From a virus (Duplodnaviria; Caudoviricetes): a stretch of 64,000 nt of DNA. Positions 27,501-36,298 of this stretch are shown piece after piece (the stretch's first letter is position 1; each line of letters opens with the position of its first letter). The DNA lies in the IMG/VR virus record IMGVR_UViG_3300037808_001421, positions 1,483-65,482 of that record; one strand, written 5' to 3'. Below the pieces are notes generated by a model. The model searched no databases. It worked only from the letters and a program-made list of their open reading frames with translations, and was not told the origin of the DNA. A program made the translations under genes and the position numbers.

Positions 27501-30500
27501 CTTCAGCTTGCCCCCTTGACCGACTCTCAGGTCTTGAAGATGAGCAATGGTGAACTCAAGCGACCCGAGCGTAGGCTCGAGGGCAACGCCAAGCCCGCCG
27601 AGGGTGGCTTGTTCGACCCGGAGGTGACAGGTACTCGCTGGCCGAATGGTGAGATGGGCGACAAGTGGAGCCACATCAAGCTGGCGAAGCGTGTACCCAA
27701 CCCCGTCTTTGAGCAGCCAGTAAGAACACTGCTGGGCATGACGGGCAAGCAGTTCAACAGCGTCATGGCGGGTACAACCGCGCACGAAGGTGGTACTGGA
27801 CCTGACGCTATCGTGGCGTCACTCAACAAGATCAACACCAAGAAAGAGCTCGACCGTCTTCAGACTTCGGCCAAGGCTCTGCGTGGCGCCAAGCTGGACA
27901 CCGCGAACAAGAAGATTCGACTGCTGCGTGCGTTGAACGAAAAGAAGTTGAACCCCAAGGCCGCATACACGCTGGGGAACGTTCCCGTGCTGCCCCCGAC
28001 GATGCGACCCATCTCTCTGCTGGACAGTGGGGACTTGAATGAAGACGACACAACAGGGCTGTACGCCAACGTTGGGCAGGTCAACTACCAGCTGAAGAAC
28101 CTGGACCCGCGGCAGCCCATAGAGGACAAGCACGAGCTCCACTCTTCGCTCTACGATGGTGTGAAGGCTCTGATGATGACGGGCATGTCGCAGCATGGTC
28201 GGCACCGCAGCGGCATCATCGATACGATTTCAGGTGCTCAGAAGGGCAGCCCCAAGCACGGTTACTTCCAGAAGAAGATCATGGGCCGGCGCCAAGACCT
28301 GTCGTCCCGTGGTGTCATCATCCCGGAACCGAGTCTGAGCCTTGACGAGGTTGGGCTGCCTGCGAAGGCGGCTCGAGAAATCTTCAAGCCTTTCGTCGTA
28401 CGTCGCCTCGTCCACCAAGGTACGCCTTACTTGCGCGCGCAAGAGGCCGTTCGAGAGAACAAGCCTGAGGCGGAGAAGGCTCTCGAACTCGAGATGAACG
28501 AGCGCCCAGTACTCCTCAAGAGAGACCCCGTCCTGCACAAGTACGGTGTTCAGGCGTTCCGAGCTCGGAAGGTGAAGGGTCGAGCGATCAAGATCCACCC
28601 GCTGGTGACCGCAGGCTACAACGCAGACTTCGATGGCGATACGATGAGTGCGTTCGTGCCCATCTCTCAAAAGGCTGTTCGTGAAGCCAAGAGGATGATG
28701 CCCTCCAAGAACTTGTTCAGCCCGTCTGATGGCGGCATCACGAATGTCCCGACGCAGGAAGCGGTCCTCGGTCTGCATCACCTAACCAAGAAGGGTAAGA
28801 GGACAACGCGCAGGTTCAAGACTCCTGCGGAAGCAGCATCAGCAGCGTCGAGGGGTGAAATCGGAGTCACGGATGTGGTGACTGTCGACAACACTAAAGC
28901 GCTGACTATGCCTATGGTGAAGACAGCCGCGGCCAAGGGCGGAACGAGGACTACGGTAGGCCGTCTGATGGTTCAAGCAGCTCTGCCCAAGAGCGCACGG
29001 AGCGACGCCTTTCTGACCAGGGACGACGCTACACTGAACAAGAGGAAGGTCAAGGAGCTGCTCACCCGCGTGGCTGACAGTGACCCAGACAGCTTCGCCA
29101 AATCTGCAGATAAGCTGAAGGACCTAGGTAACTACCAATCGACAGGTACATCCTTTGGTCTGAAGGACCTGGTGTCAGATAACGTTCCTCGAGACAAGAT
29201 TCTCAACAGCATCAAGCCTGCGGAAAAGAGGATCCTCGACAACAAGAAGCTGACCAAGAAGCAGCGGGATGAACAACTGGTGTCTCTGTACCAAGGTGCA
29301 GACAAGGAGATTCAGAAGGTCACTCGAGCTCGCGCTGAGAAGAGTGACAACCGCATGTACGACCTGGTTCGTTCGGGTGCTCGAGGTAACTGGAACCAGT
29401 ATCGCCAGATGACAGTGGCACCGATGCTGGCAGTGGACTCTCGAAGCAAGGTCATCCCCACGTTGATCCCCAAGGCATATTCAGAGGGTCTTGACGTCGG
29501 CTCGTACTGGGCCGCTATGCACGGCGCGCGCATGGGTACGATCAGCCGGGTGCTCGGAACAGCACTGCCGGGCAAAGAGGCCAAGGCCATCACGCAGTCG
29601 ACCATCAACCAGGTGATTACCTCGGAAGATTGCGGAACAACACGCGGCCTGCGTATGGGTACCAAGGACGGAAACGTCGTGGACCGTGTTCTCGTGGCAC
29701 CCGTGACCTTGGGCAGCCGCGGAGGTAAAGAGAAAGGTTCGATCGCAGCAGGTACGATCGTCACCCCCGATGTCGTGGATCGCTTGCGCAACAACAAGGT
29801 CAAAGAGGTGTCTGTACGCACGCCGTACAAGTGCGAGGCAGGCCACGGCATGTGCAGCAAGTGCTTCGGTTTGAACGAGCGCGGTGATTTCCACGAGAAG
29901 GGCGTGAACGTAGGTGTGCTCGCCGCTCAAGCTATCGGTGAGCCTCTTGCCCAGATGTCGATGAACGCTTTCCATGAAGGTGGTGTCGCCGGCGCCAAGG
30001 GCTCGAGCGCTGTGAACAGGTTCAAGCGGATGGAGAACCTGACGCACTTCCCCAAGAAGCTGGCAGGCTCCGCGACTCTTGCGCTCGCCGGTGGCAAGGT
30101 CACTAAACTCGTCAAGGACCAGGCTACGGGTGGTCACCGTGTCAGTGTCGGTGACCAGGAGCATTACCTCCCTCCACGTAGCGCGGTGCGAGTGAAGAAG
30201 GGCCAGACCATCAAGAAGGGTGACGCCCTGACCATGGGCCCAAAGAACCCTCACGAGATGCTGCCGCTCACGGGCCTCGAGTCTGTGCAGAGGTACCTCA
30301 CGGAGGAGCTCTCGGACGCGTACGACAACCGTGAAGGCATCCACCGGAGGAACACCGAAGTCTTCGTCCGGTCGCTAACGAACTTGGGCAGGGTCAAGGA
30401 CCCAGGGCACCGAGACGACCTGCTTCACGGGGATCCGGTGCCCATCTCAGAGATTCGTGCATTCAACCGCGGCCTCGGGTCAGGCAAGAAGCCTGTGCAG

Positions 30501-30713
30501 GTGGAGCCTTACTTGCGCGGCACCAACTTGCTGCCCAAAGAGATGCAGACGGACTGGATGGCCCGTATGCAGCACTCCGGGTTGAAAGATACGATCCTCA
30601 CCGGCGCTGCCCGTGGCTGGAAGTCGAACCTTCATGGTACACATCCTGTACCGGGCATGGCGTACGGCAAGGAGTTTGGCAAGGGCACCGACGACGAGCC
30701 CTGGTCCTACTGA
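24522..30713 (+). CDS. rpoBC: Single-polypeptide fused beta + beta-prime DNA-directed RNA polymerase
   Basis: Beta: GYNFEDGIVIS, GDKIVGRHGNKG, SGVPTRINLGQ, YIMKLEH; beta-prime: PVLPPTMRP, LLKRDPVLH, YNADFDGD, SGARG, AAQAIGEPLAQMSMNAFH. Confidence 0.95.
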   Translation: MTEFNPQKEFDNLKSSLTDTIKDYFPLEGARRTLRAKRVWVDDNKDIDDVTEQKAAKIKGRSWTVPLKAEVELVDNKTGKVVDNKTVSLAQLPKITRRYGYIVKGNEWSPINQFRLKSGVYTREKDNGELESQWNLAKGYGFKMQFDPDPKSRKMNITHGTTNTPLYPVLKAIGVDDDAIEKAWGKELLTANKKYEGSPRQMRQLFKTLTGNAPPEKMEEVTAGIREAFGKTELRPDSTKLTLGKGFDTVNGSALLTGSRKILDISKGKADPDDRDSLQFKDLFGVEDLLTERIGKDRRFKILNRMKKKVDSVKKVHDVISPDTFGKHVTSFFTSSTLADMPKQQNPVSFLGEARKTTIGGQHGLESSRAISLEAQSINASHVGFLDPVKTPENDRIGTVLQMSAASTKKGKTIRTRAFNMKTGKLEYIEPHTALKSRLAFPDQYTWKNGKPTAIHDRVKITDDEGEIRSSAPKDVDYVLRSTKGLFDLSTNMIPFLSSDQGNRTMVAARQLEQAVSLKHRERPLVQTKSEGSTTFEAVMGKLNSHVAPVGGKVTKVTKDNIIIKDASGKSKKVPIYNDFPLNDNHTFMTATPVVKVGDTVEKGKLLADTNYTKGGDLALGTNLNVAYTPFKGYNFEDGIVISENASKKLTSEHMHREGIKKERGTVLSKKRFLAETAGRVTKEQAAKLDDEGVVREGTRLVHGDIMIGALKEEAASRERQALAQFSKGKIKPVVARPRTWDKEYEGTVSQVVRHGKDTTIYVKTETPAGIGDKIVGRHGNKGIISMVLPDHEMPHTKDGESMDVLLNQSGVPTRINLGQALETAASKIAKKTGKTYVVNNFDPKNPDYTRGMLKELKDHGLSDQEELIDPQTRKSYGSVLAGKQYIMKLEHQAEKKMKNRFRGPYSVNRSPKGGGDSGGQQMDMFGLTALLAHGAKENIRESQTSRSDMNDDFWMSIQAGDPIPAPKIPFAYKKFEGLLRAAGVDVEKNGNELQLAPLTDSQVLKMSNGELKRPERRLEGNAKPAEGGLFDPEVTGTRWPNGEMGDKWSHIKLAKRVPNPVFEQPVRTLLGMTGKQFNSVMAGTTAHEGGTGPDAIVASLNKINTKKELDRLQTSAKALRGAKLDTANKKIRLLRALNEKKLNPKAAYTLGNVPVLPPTMRPISLLDSGDLNEDDTTGLYANVGQVNYQLKNLDPRQPIEDKHELHSSLYDGVKALMMTGMSQHGRHRSGIIDTISGAQKGSPKHGYFQKKIMGRRQDLSSRGVIIPEPSLSLDEVGLPAKAAREIFKPFVVRRLVHQGTPYLRAQEAVRENKPEAEKALELEMNERPVLLKRDPVLHKYGVQAFRARKVKGRAIKIHPLVTAGYNADFDGDTMSAFVPISQKAVREAKRMMPSKNLFSPSDGGITNVPTQEAVLGLHHLTKKGKRTTRRFKTPAEAASAASRGEIGVTDVVTVDNTKALTMPMVKTAAAKGGTRTTVGRLMVQAALPKSARSDAFLTRDDATLNKRKVKELLTRVADSDPDSFAKSADKLKDLGNYQSTGTSFGLKDLVSDNVPRDKILNSIKPAEKRILDNKKLTKKQRDEQLVSLYQGADKEIQKVTRARAEKSDNRMYDLVRSGARGNWNQYRQMTVAPMLAVDSRSKVIPTLIPKAYSEGLDVGSYWAAMHGARMGTISRVLGTALPGKEAKAITQSTINQVITSEDCGTTRGLRMGTKDGNVVDRVLVAPVTLGSRGGKEKGSIAAGTIVTPDVVDRLRNNKVKEVSVRTPYKCEAGHGMCSKCFGLNERGDFHEKGVNVGVLAAQAIGEPLAQMSMNAFHEGGVAGAKGSSAVNRFKRMENLTHFPKKLAGSATLALAGGKVTKLVKDQATGGHRVSVGDQEHYLPPRSAVRVKKGQTIKKGDALTMGPKNPHEMLPLTGLESVQRYLTEELSDAYDNREGIHRRNTEVFVRSLTNLGRVKDPGHRDDLLHGDPVPISEIRAFNRGLGSGKKPVQVEPYLRGTNLLPKEMQTDWMARMQHSGLKDTILTGAARGWKSNLHGTHPVPGMAYGKEFGKGTDDEPWSY

Positions 30714-30717
30714 GTAG

Positions 30718-31893
30718 ATGGGCACTGAAACCGAATTCGTACCCGCCAACATCGAGACGGGTCGGATCATCAACGTCAACACACGGGACTGGACCGTCGA
30801 CGTGGTGACCATCTACGGGGACAAGCGTCACCTCGACATCCCAGTATCTTCTCCGTACTTGCACTTCATCAATGGTGAAGGCATCTACTCCATGCCTGAG
30901 GCAGGCGCTATCTGTTGGGTGTGTCAGCCGAGCGACGGACTGTGGGCACGCCCGTTCGTCATGGGCTTTCAGCCCCCAGTAGACGAACGGACGAGCTCGG
31001 TCACAGGAAACCAACTGGGTGAGTTCGCTGCTGGGCGCCCCAACCTGAACCCCGGCGACATCATGATGCGCACTCGGGATGAGAACTTCCTCATCCTGCG
31101 TAGAGGAGGCGTTGTTCAAATAGGTGCAACGCCTCTCGCGCAGCGCCTCTACCTACCAATAGACAACATCATCCGGGATATGTGTGGGCAGTACAACATG
31201 TTCAACCTCGCCGGCGAGATGACGTGGACGGTGGACCGGACAGAGAACTCCATCGACGGGCACACCACCACGCACTGCGCCATTCGAGTGAAGGGTCACG
31301 CTGACGAGCCTCTCCACGTAGCCGACCTGACCATTGGCTCTCACGTTGATGAGGACCTAGGGTTGCAGTTGACGATTTACGACACTGGCGCCGAGGACCG
31401 CATCGCACAAGTGGATTGCCAGATCACCAAGACGGGTGACGTCAAGTGGACTATCCAAAAGGACTTCACGGTAGACGCGCAGGGCATCATCGACCTGAAG
31501 GCGCAGGGTAACGTATCCTTAGAGTCCGCTGCGGCCGCGGCCGCGCTCAAGGGCCAGACAGACGTGACCATCGAGGCAGTGACCGGCATCCTTGCTGCTA
31601 TCGCAGGTACCAAAATCTCCCTGACGGCTCCTGCCCTCGAGATTCTTGCTCAAGCTATAAGCATCGGTGCTGAGAAGAACGGGGTCAAACCTGCCGTTTT
31701 GATTGGTGGATCTTCAGCCATCGAACCACTTGTTCTTGGAACCAAACTCCGCGTCGCCTTGGAAGCCTTGTGTGATGCCCTCATGTCAACGGTACCTGCG
31801 CCCGGTCAATCGCTTGGGATAGTTCAACCAGGATTTGCTGCGGTAAAAGCGCAGCTAGCCTTTATACTCAGTGCCAAGCACCGGACCTCTTAG
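30718..31893 (+). CDS. Baseplate spike/hub-like protein (gp5/GpV-type OB-fold + beta-helix)
   Basis: GRIINVNTRDWTVDV...MPEAGAICWV; beta-repeat C-half; EPLVLGTKL end. Confidence 0.6.
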   Translation: MGTETEFVPANIETGRIINVNTRDWTVDVVTIYGDKRHLDIPVSSPYLHFINGEGIYSMPEAGAICWVCQPSDGLWARPFVMGFQPPVDERTSSVTGNQLGEFAAGRPNLNPGDIMMRTRDENFLILRRGGVVQIGATPLAQRLYLPIDNIIRDMCGQYNMFNLAGEMTWTVDRTENSIDGHTTTHCAIRVKGHADEPLHVADLTIGSHVDEDLGLQLTIYDTGAEDRIAQVDCQITKTGDVKWTIQKDFTVDAQGIIDLKAQGNVSLESAAAAAALKGQTDVTIEAVTGILAAIAGTKISLTAPALEILAQAISIGAEKNGVKPAVLIGGSSAIEPLVLGTKLRVALEALCDALMSTVPAPGQSLGIVQPGFAAVKAQLAFILSAKHRTS

Positions 31894-31902
31894 GAGCTCA
31901 TA

Positions 31903-34020
31903 ATGACGCAGCCTCTCTTTCTCGACCAAGCCCTCGACTTCGGAACCAAGACCGCCGGCACGCTCACTGCGATGAGCGACGACGGTGAGCGATGGGGCGA
32001 AGAAGTCCTCAGCGAAGCCTACCGCCAGATCTCGTTCCTGTCGGACTTCGACGTCAACGTGGCTATCGATAAAGAGGACCAGGAGCGTGGCTACGCTTGG
32101 GGTTCCATCGAAGTGCGGCCGCGCTCGGACATGAGTCCTGAGGAAGAAGGCGGCCGTCCGCTGGCGACGGTGCACATCCCGGTCATCATCAAGGACCAGA
32201 TGTTGTCGCCGCTGGACCTCTTCCTCGACATCGACGAGAAGCGCTACCAGCCCCTGACCGAGAGCCGCATGCGCAAAGCGCTCTTCCGTCCTGAGACCTT
32301 CGACGCCATTCGCACGGCGCCGCCGCAGCCCAGTCTCTACAACGAGCTCCAGCCTCCGCTGGGCTCGAGCGTTGGCGGCAGCATCAAGACAGGTGCGTTG
32401 GTCGACAAGGGCGTCGGCGCCGTCATGGGTGGCGTGGTCAAAGGGTCTGGGAAGCTCGCCATGGGTGTGAACATGGGTTCGAACGTGCTGCGCCAAGGTG
32501 CAAAGCTGGCGCATGTTCTGATGACTCCGCTGTTGCCGCAGCTTCAGGGCCGGGTGCGCTCAGACCACATCGCTCGCATCAAGACAGCTGTGATGGACGA
32601 CGCGCTACATGCGCAGATTCTCAACGCTGATGAGGGCGTCCGCGCGGCGTTCAGCTCTGCACTGAGCCTCGAGCCCCCTGACTTGGTCAAGACCGCGGCC
32701 GCGCTGTTCCCCAAGCCGAACGTCGTGCAGGTGAGCAAGGCCGGCAGGGGCAAGTACCGGGTGAAGTACGCCAACACTGGCATGTACGCGCCGGCGCAAG
32801 AGCAGGTGGGTCCCGAGCAGGCGCAGGCCGTACTTGGATCCCCCGATCTGGTGCAGCGGATGGAGGAAGATGGCTCGGTTACCATGAGTCCTGACGCCGC
32901 CATCAAGGAGACGTTGGACACCGGCGACATCAAGAACGTCGATCAGTTCGGTACCTGGCGGGTGCAGGACAAGATGGGGAACCAGCTCGTCGGCTGGGCG
33001 TTCCCGCAGGTCATGAGCATGGATCTGCAGCCCCTGCCTATGGTGCTGTTCACCAACGGCTCGCAGTACGCCATCGCCGAGACGATCGCTGGTCGCCTGG
33101 TAGGTAAGAGCACTGACCTGCCGAAGAGCCCACAGCCCGCGGGTTACGGCTTCCTCTATCACGTGGATGATGGGGGAGCTCGAGCCTTCGTCCCGATGAC
33201 CATTCGGGCGACCTTCACCAACCCGGCAGGCACTTTGTCCTACCAGGCCGTGAACGACATGGGCGAGATCGTGACCTTCAACATGGTCGAGGGGTTGAAA
33301 ACCATCGCCAAGGTGGGCGAAGGTACTTATGCCGTTCCGCTGAGTTTCCGCTGGCTTCCTCTCAAGGGCCAGACCGAGCTCATCGAGACGGCGGACATGT
33401 TCACCAAAACCGCTAACGCAGACTTCGTCCACAAGGTGTTCCTCCGTGGCGAGAAGGGAGCACACAGCTACAGCTTCGATGGGCCTCCCCTCACGAAGCT
33501 CGCCAGTGAAGAGAAGACGTTCCTGAACCGCGCAGATGCGGAGTTCCTCGGTGTTTCTCTCGGCATTTCGCCGGGACACATCAAGGTAGCTCTCGACAAG
33601 GCGGCCCTCGGTAAGCGCCTCGAGTTCAACGCGTGTCGCATGCTCACCACCGTCAAGGAGAAGATGGCGGCGGCGCGTGAGGCAGTCAAAGAAGACCTGC
33701 TCGACCTCGAGTACCCCATTCGCAACTTCAACCTCATCAAAGAGGCGTCAGTTCTTACGGATGCTCTGACCGCGGACAAGATCCTCGGCCTGGGCTTCCT
33801 CAACGCGGAGAACGTGGCGACCTTCGTGGACATGCTGCCTGGGCTCGAGCTGGCTTCCAGCCGTATCGCAGAGCTCTTGGTGTCCTCCCGTCTTGGGTTG
33901 GAGGAGGTACCGGAGATCGCACTCGAGCGGATGCTCGCAGCGATGAACGACGTCATCCTCGGGCTGAACAAGCTCAAACAACGGGAGATCACGTTCGCAG
34001 CAGACCAAGAGAGGGTCTAG
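31903..34020 (+). CDS. Large putative head/virion protein with about ten K-x-[AG] motifs
   Basis: TKTAG, IKTGA, AKLAH, IKTAV, VKTAA, TKTAN, TKLAS, IKEAS; AGGAG RBS. Confidence 0.75.
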   Translation: MTQPLFLDQALDFGTKTAGTLTAMSDDGERWGEEVLSEAYRQISFLSDFDVNVAIDKEDQERGYAWGSIEVRPRSDMSPEEEGGRPLATVHIPVIIKDQMLSPLDLFLDIDEKRYQPLTESRMRKALFRPETFDAIRTAPPQPSLYNELQPPLGSSVGGSIKTGALVDKGVGAVMGGVVKGSGKLAMGVNMGSNVLRQGAKLAHVLMTPLLPQLQGRVRSDHIARIKTAVMDDALHAQILNADEGVRAAFSSALSLEPPDLVKTAAALFPKPNVVQVSKAGRGKYRVKYANTGMYAPAQEQVGPEQAQAVLGSPDLVQRMEEDGSVTMSPDAAIKETLDTGDIKNVDQFGTWRVQDKMGNQLVGWAFPQVMSMDLQPLPMVLFTNGSQYAIAETIAGRLVGKSTDLPKSPQPAGYGFLYHVDDGGARAFVPMTIRATFTNPAGTLSYQAVNDMGEIVTFNMVEGLKTIAKVGEGTYAVPLSFRWLPLKGQTELIETADMFTKTANADFVHKVFLRGEKGAHSYSFDGPPLTKLASEEKTFLNRADAEFLGVSLGISPGHIKVALDKAALGKRLEFNACRMLTTVKEKMAAAREAVKEDLLDLEYPIRNFNLIKEASVLTDALTADKILGLGFLNAENVATFVDMLPGLELASSRIAELLVSSRLGLEEVPEIALERMLAAMNDVILGLNKLKQREITFAADQERV

Positions 34021-34850
34021 TGCACCCATCCACCTACTACATCAAGTTCTTACTCGCCCGTAGCCATGGCACGGACGAGCCTGAGGACTGGGACAGTGTC
34101 AAAGACCATCTCTCGCAGCTAGGGCTCCCTCGTCTATGGGAGCCTGCCTTCGACCTGGCAAACGGGGTGTTTGCGCCTCCTATCCCGTTTCGCTTCAATG
34201 CCAAGACCCACAAGAGCACCGTCGCGTTCATGCGCGATGAGAAGATCTACACCATGTGGAAGAAGGACAAGGAGACCAAAGCTGCACTTCGGATCCTCGA
34301 GCGTCCTGCCATGCGGGAGGTCATCCAAGTACTCATCATGGGTGGCATCGAAGCGGATATCGTTCGGAACCGCATCATAGAGAGGTTCCAAGAGACCCTG
34401 TCGGCCAAGTCGATCGACGTGTACCGACACTACTTCTGGAACACGGACCTCACCACTATGCAGGAGTGGACAGCCATCCTGCGCGGCGACCCGATGTCCG
34501 ACCACTACATCGCCGCCCGGGGCGGCAGCCAGCAGCAGGCGTTGTTCAGGGCAGGCTTCAACCCGCTCATCGAACCGAAGGCTGCGCTCAGGGAAGCGTT
34601 CAGGTCTTTGGCTATGCGAGTCGAGGCCACTCGCAACCTGCCAGACACCAAAGAGACCAACAACATGCTGTGCGCTCTCACCAAAGAGATGACGGCGTTG
34701 TACCAGGTGCTCAAGGCCGACGGCGAAGGCGTCGGCGATGTGGCGAAGGGCCTCAAGAAGTTCAAGATAGCTTTGGACGAAACTCCGGCAGCGTCCATCT
34801 TGCAATTGGCAGGCAAGGGCAACTACAGTCGCTCTGGTGCCAACGAATAA
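34020..34850 (+). CDS. Hypothetical helical protein
   Basis: ORF track; start overlaps the previous stop. Confidence 0.7.
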   Translation: MHPSTYYIKFLLARSHGTDEPEDWDSVKDHLSQLGLPRLWEPAFDLANGVFAPPIPFRFNAKTHKSTVAFMRDEKIYTMWKKDKETKAALRILERPAMREVIQVLIMGGIEADIVRNRIIERFQETLSAKSIDVYRHYFWNTDLTTMQEWTAILRGDPMSDHYIAARGGSQQQALFRAGFNPLIEPKAALREAFRSLAMRVEATRNLPDTKETNNMLCALTKEMTALYQVLKADGEGVGDVAKGLKKFKIALDETPAASILQLAGKGNYSRSGANE

Positions 34851-35355
34851 CCCAGAGGCCATCAGCAAAGACGAGTGGGCGATGCTCAAAGAGGCCGCCA
34901 GCCTGGAGGTCCCCGATGTCGAGGGGGCCGTAGAGCCTAACGTCATCACCTACTACACGACCTTGTTTGCCAACTACGTGCACAAGGAAGACACTACGCT
35001 CGTACAGCTGTTCCCGCGTATGGGCGTGGACGACAAGTACTTCACGGGAGTGTTCAAGCCTGTGTGCGCAGGTTGTGGGTACCAGTTCCCGCAGCCGCAG
35101 TCCAAGTGTCCGCGGTGCAGCAATCCCAACAAGGTCTACCAGCCGGGGCGGCTCGAGCAGAAACCTGACTTCGAGTTCCCGCACAACTTGCGGCTGATGG
35201 TCAGGGACGCCCTCGAGCTCATCGAGTACCCAGGTGACTACGCGGTGGACGAGGTCCGTGAGCTCAATGCATTCGTTGTGCAGTTGCCTGTCGCCTGGAA
35301 AAGAGACCAGGTCGTGCAGTTCGTCGAGGCGTTGGACCAGTCTCTCGACGGGTAG
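34837..35355 (+). CDS. Hypothetical protein with Zn ribbon
   Basis: CAGC...CPRC; LKEAA near the N-terminus. Confidence 0.7.
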   Translation: MPTNNPEAISKDEWAMLKEAASLEVPDVEGAVEPNVITYYTTLFANYVHKEDTTLVQLFPRMGVDDKYFTGVFKPVCAGCGYQFPQPQSKCPRCSNPNKVYQPGRLEQKPDFEFPHNLRLMVRDALELIEYPGDYAVDEVRELNAFVVQLPVAWKRDQVVQFVEALDQSLDG

Positions 35356-35534
35356 CGCGTGGTAATCTCGAAGTGTGCACCAATCACAATAGCTGCTGTC
35401 CGCCCCCGTAGCCGTAACTACTTCTCGTGTGCGGCCGCTTCCTTGGAAACGGAGAAGGCCATGTTCTTCTCATCCTATTCTTACACTGGAGATCCTTTCT
35501 CTTTTTCACGTTCAGAGCTAAACAAACCGCCCCG

Positions 35535-35560
35535 GGCCTGGGCCCTCTCGAGCCCAGGCC
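35535..35560. terminator. GC hairpin between convergent genes
   Basis: GGCCTGGGC-N8-GCCCAGGCC; no clear U tract. Confidence 0.4.
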
Positions 35561-35572
35561 ATTCGACCTCAA

Positions 35573-36187
35573 TCAGCCGATGATGTGGAACGCATCTTCC
35601 ACTTCGATCGTCGCCCTGCATGCCTTCTTGACGTGCTCGAGCATGTCTCCGATGTCCCATTGCTCTGGCTGATTTCCGATGTCCCACTGGGTGTTGCCGC
35701 CCGCGATGTTTCGCACCAACCGACCCGACCCCGGCGCCATCTGCACGCCCAGAGACGTGCTCAGGAACGTGATCGCCAGGAAGGAGTTCACGCCACGTTG
35801 CCCCTCGTACAGAGCCTTCGTGCTGTCGTCGATCTGCGAGTCCGCGAGTACCGCGGGCCCATCGTACAGAACGACTTTGAGGTCACTGACGGGGAGGGCG
35901 TCGACCTTGTCCCGATTCAGGACCATCGTAGGCGCGCCGCGGTGGAGCACCACCTTGTAGTCGTCCGGGTTCTCGGACGTGCGTCCGAACGCCCCAACCA
36001 CGAGGTCGTGGTGCTCCTCCGGGATGGCGATGAGCGCGTGACCTTTGTCGTCGAAGCCCAGGCCCTGCTTGAGCTGCTCCGCGATGCAGCCTGCGATGGT
36101 GCCCCAGGTGCTCGGATGGCGCAGCACCGTACCAATGGCGTTGCCATCGATCTGGTTCTGCGCGATTTCGTGAATGCCTATTCTCAT
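35573..36187 (-). CDS. Hypothetical protein
   Basis: AAGGAG RBS before ATG 36187 (MRIGIHEIAQ). Confidence 0.7.
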   Translation of the reverse strand: MRIGIHEIAQNQIDGNAIGTVLRHPSTWGTIAGCIAEQLKQGLGFDDKGHALIAIPEEHHDLVVGAFGRTSENPDDYKVVLHRGAPTMVLNRDKVDALPVSDLKVVLYDGPAVLADSQIDDSTKALYEGQRGVNSFLAITFLSTSLGVQMAPGSGRLVRNIAGGNTQWDIGNQPEQWDIGDMLEHVKKACRATIEVEDAFHIIG

Positions 36188-36224
36188 TGGAACTCCTTGG
36201 TAAATGGAAGCCGTGACTTCCTTG

Positions 36225-36259
36225 CTACGTTCCTTATGCCTAGAGACGGGCCGGCGTTT
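36225..36259 (-). promoter_or_regulatory. Class-1 phage promoter AAA-N16-GGCATAAGGAACGTAG
   Basis: Near-identical to 24407-24422. Confidence 0.65.
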
Positions 36260-36281
36260 CGTTTCTGACAAGAAGTCCTGA

Positions 36282-36298
36282 GGTATACTCGGCTCGTG
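36282..36298 (+). promoter_or_regulatory. Class-2 promoter GTATACT-N6-GTG
   Basis: TATACT 36284-36289; GTG 36296. Confidence 0.55.

Noticed and set aside
24522-30713. Host chromosomal rpoBC locus
   Set aside because: No flanking ribosomal protein genes; neighbours are portal and virion genes; the sequence is shortened and divergent.
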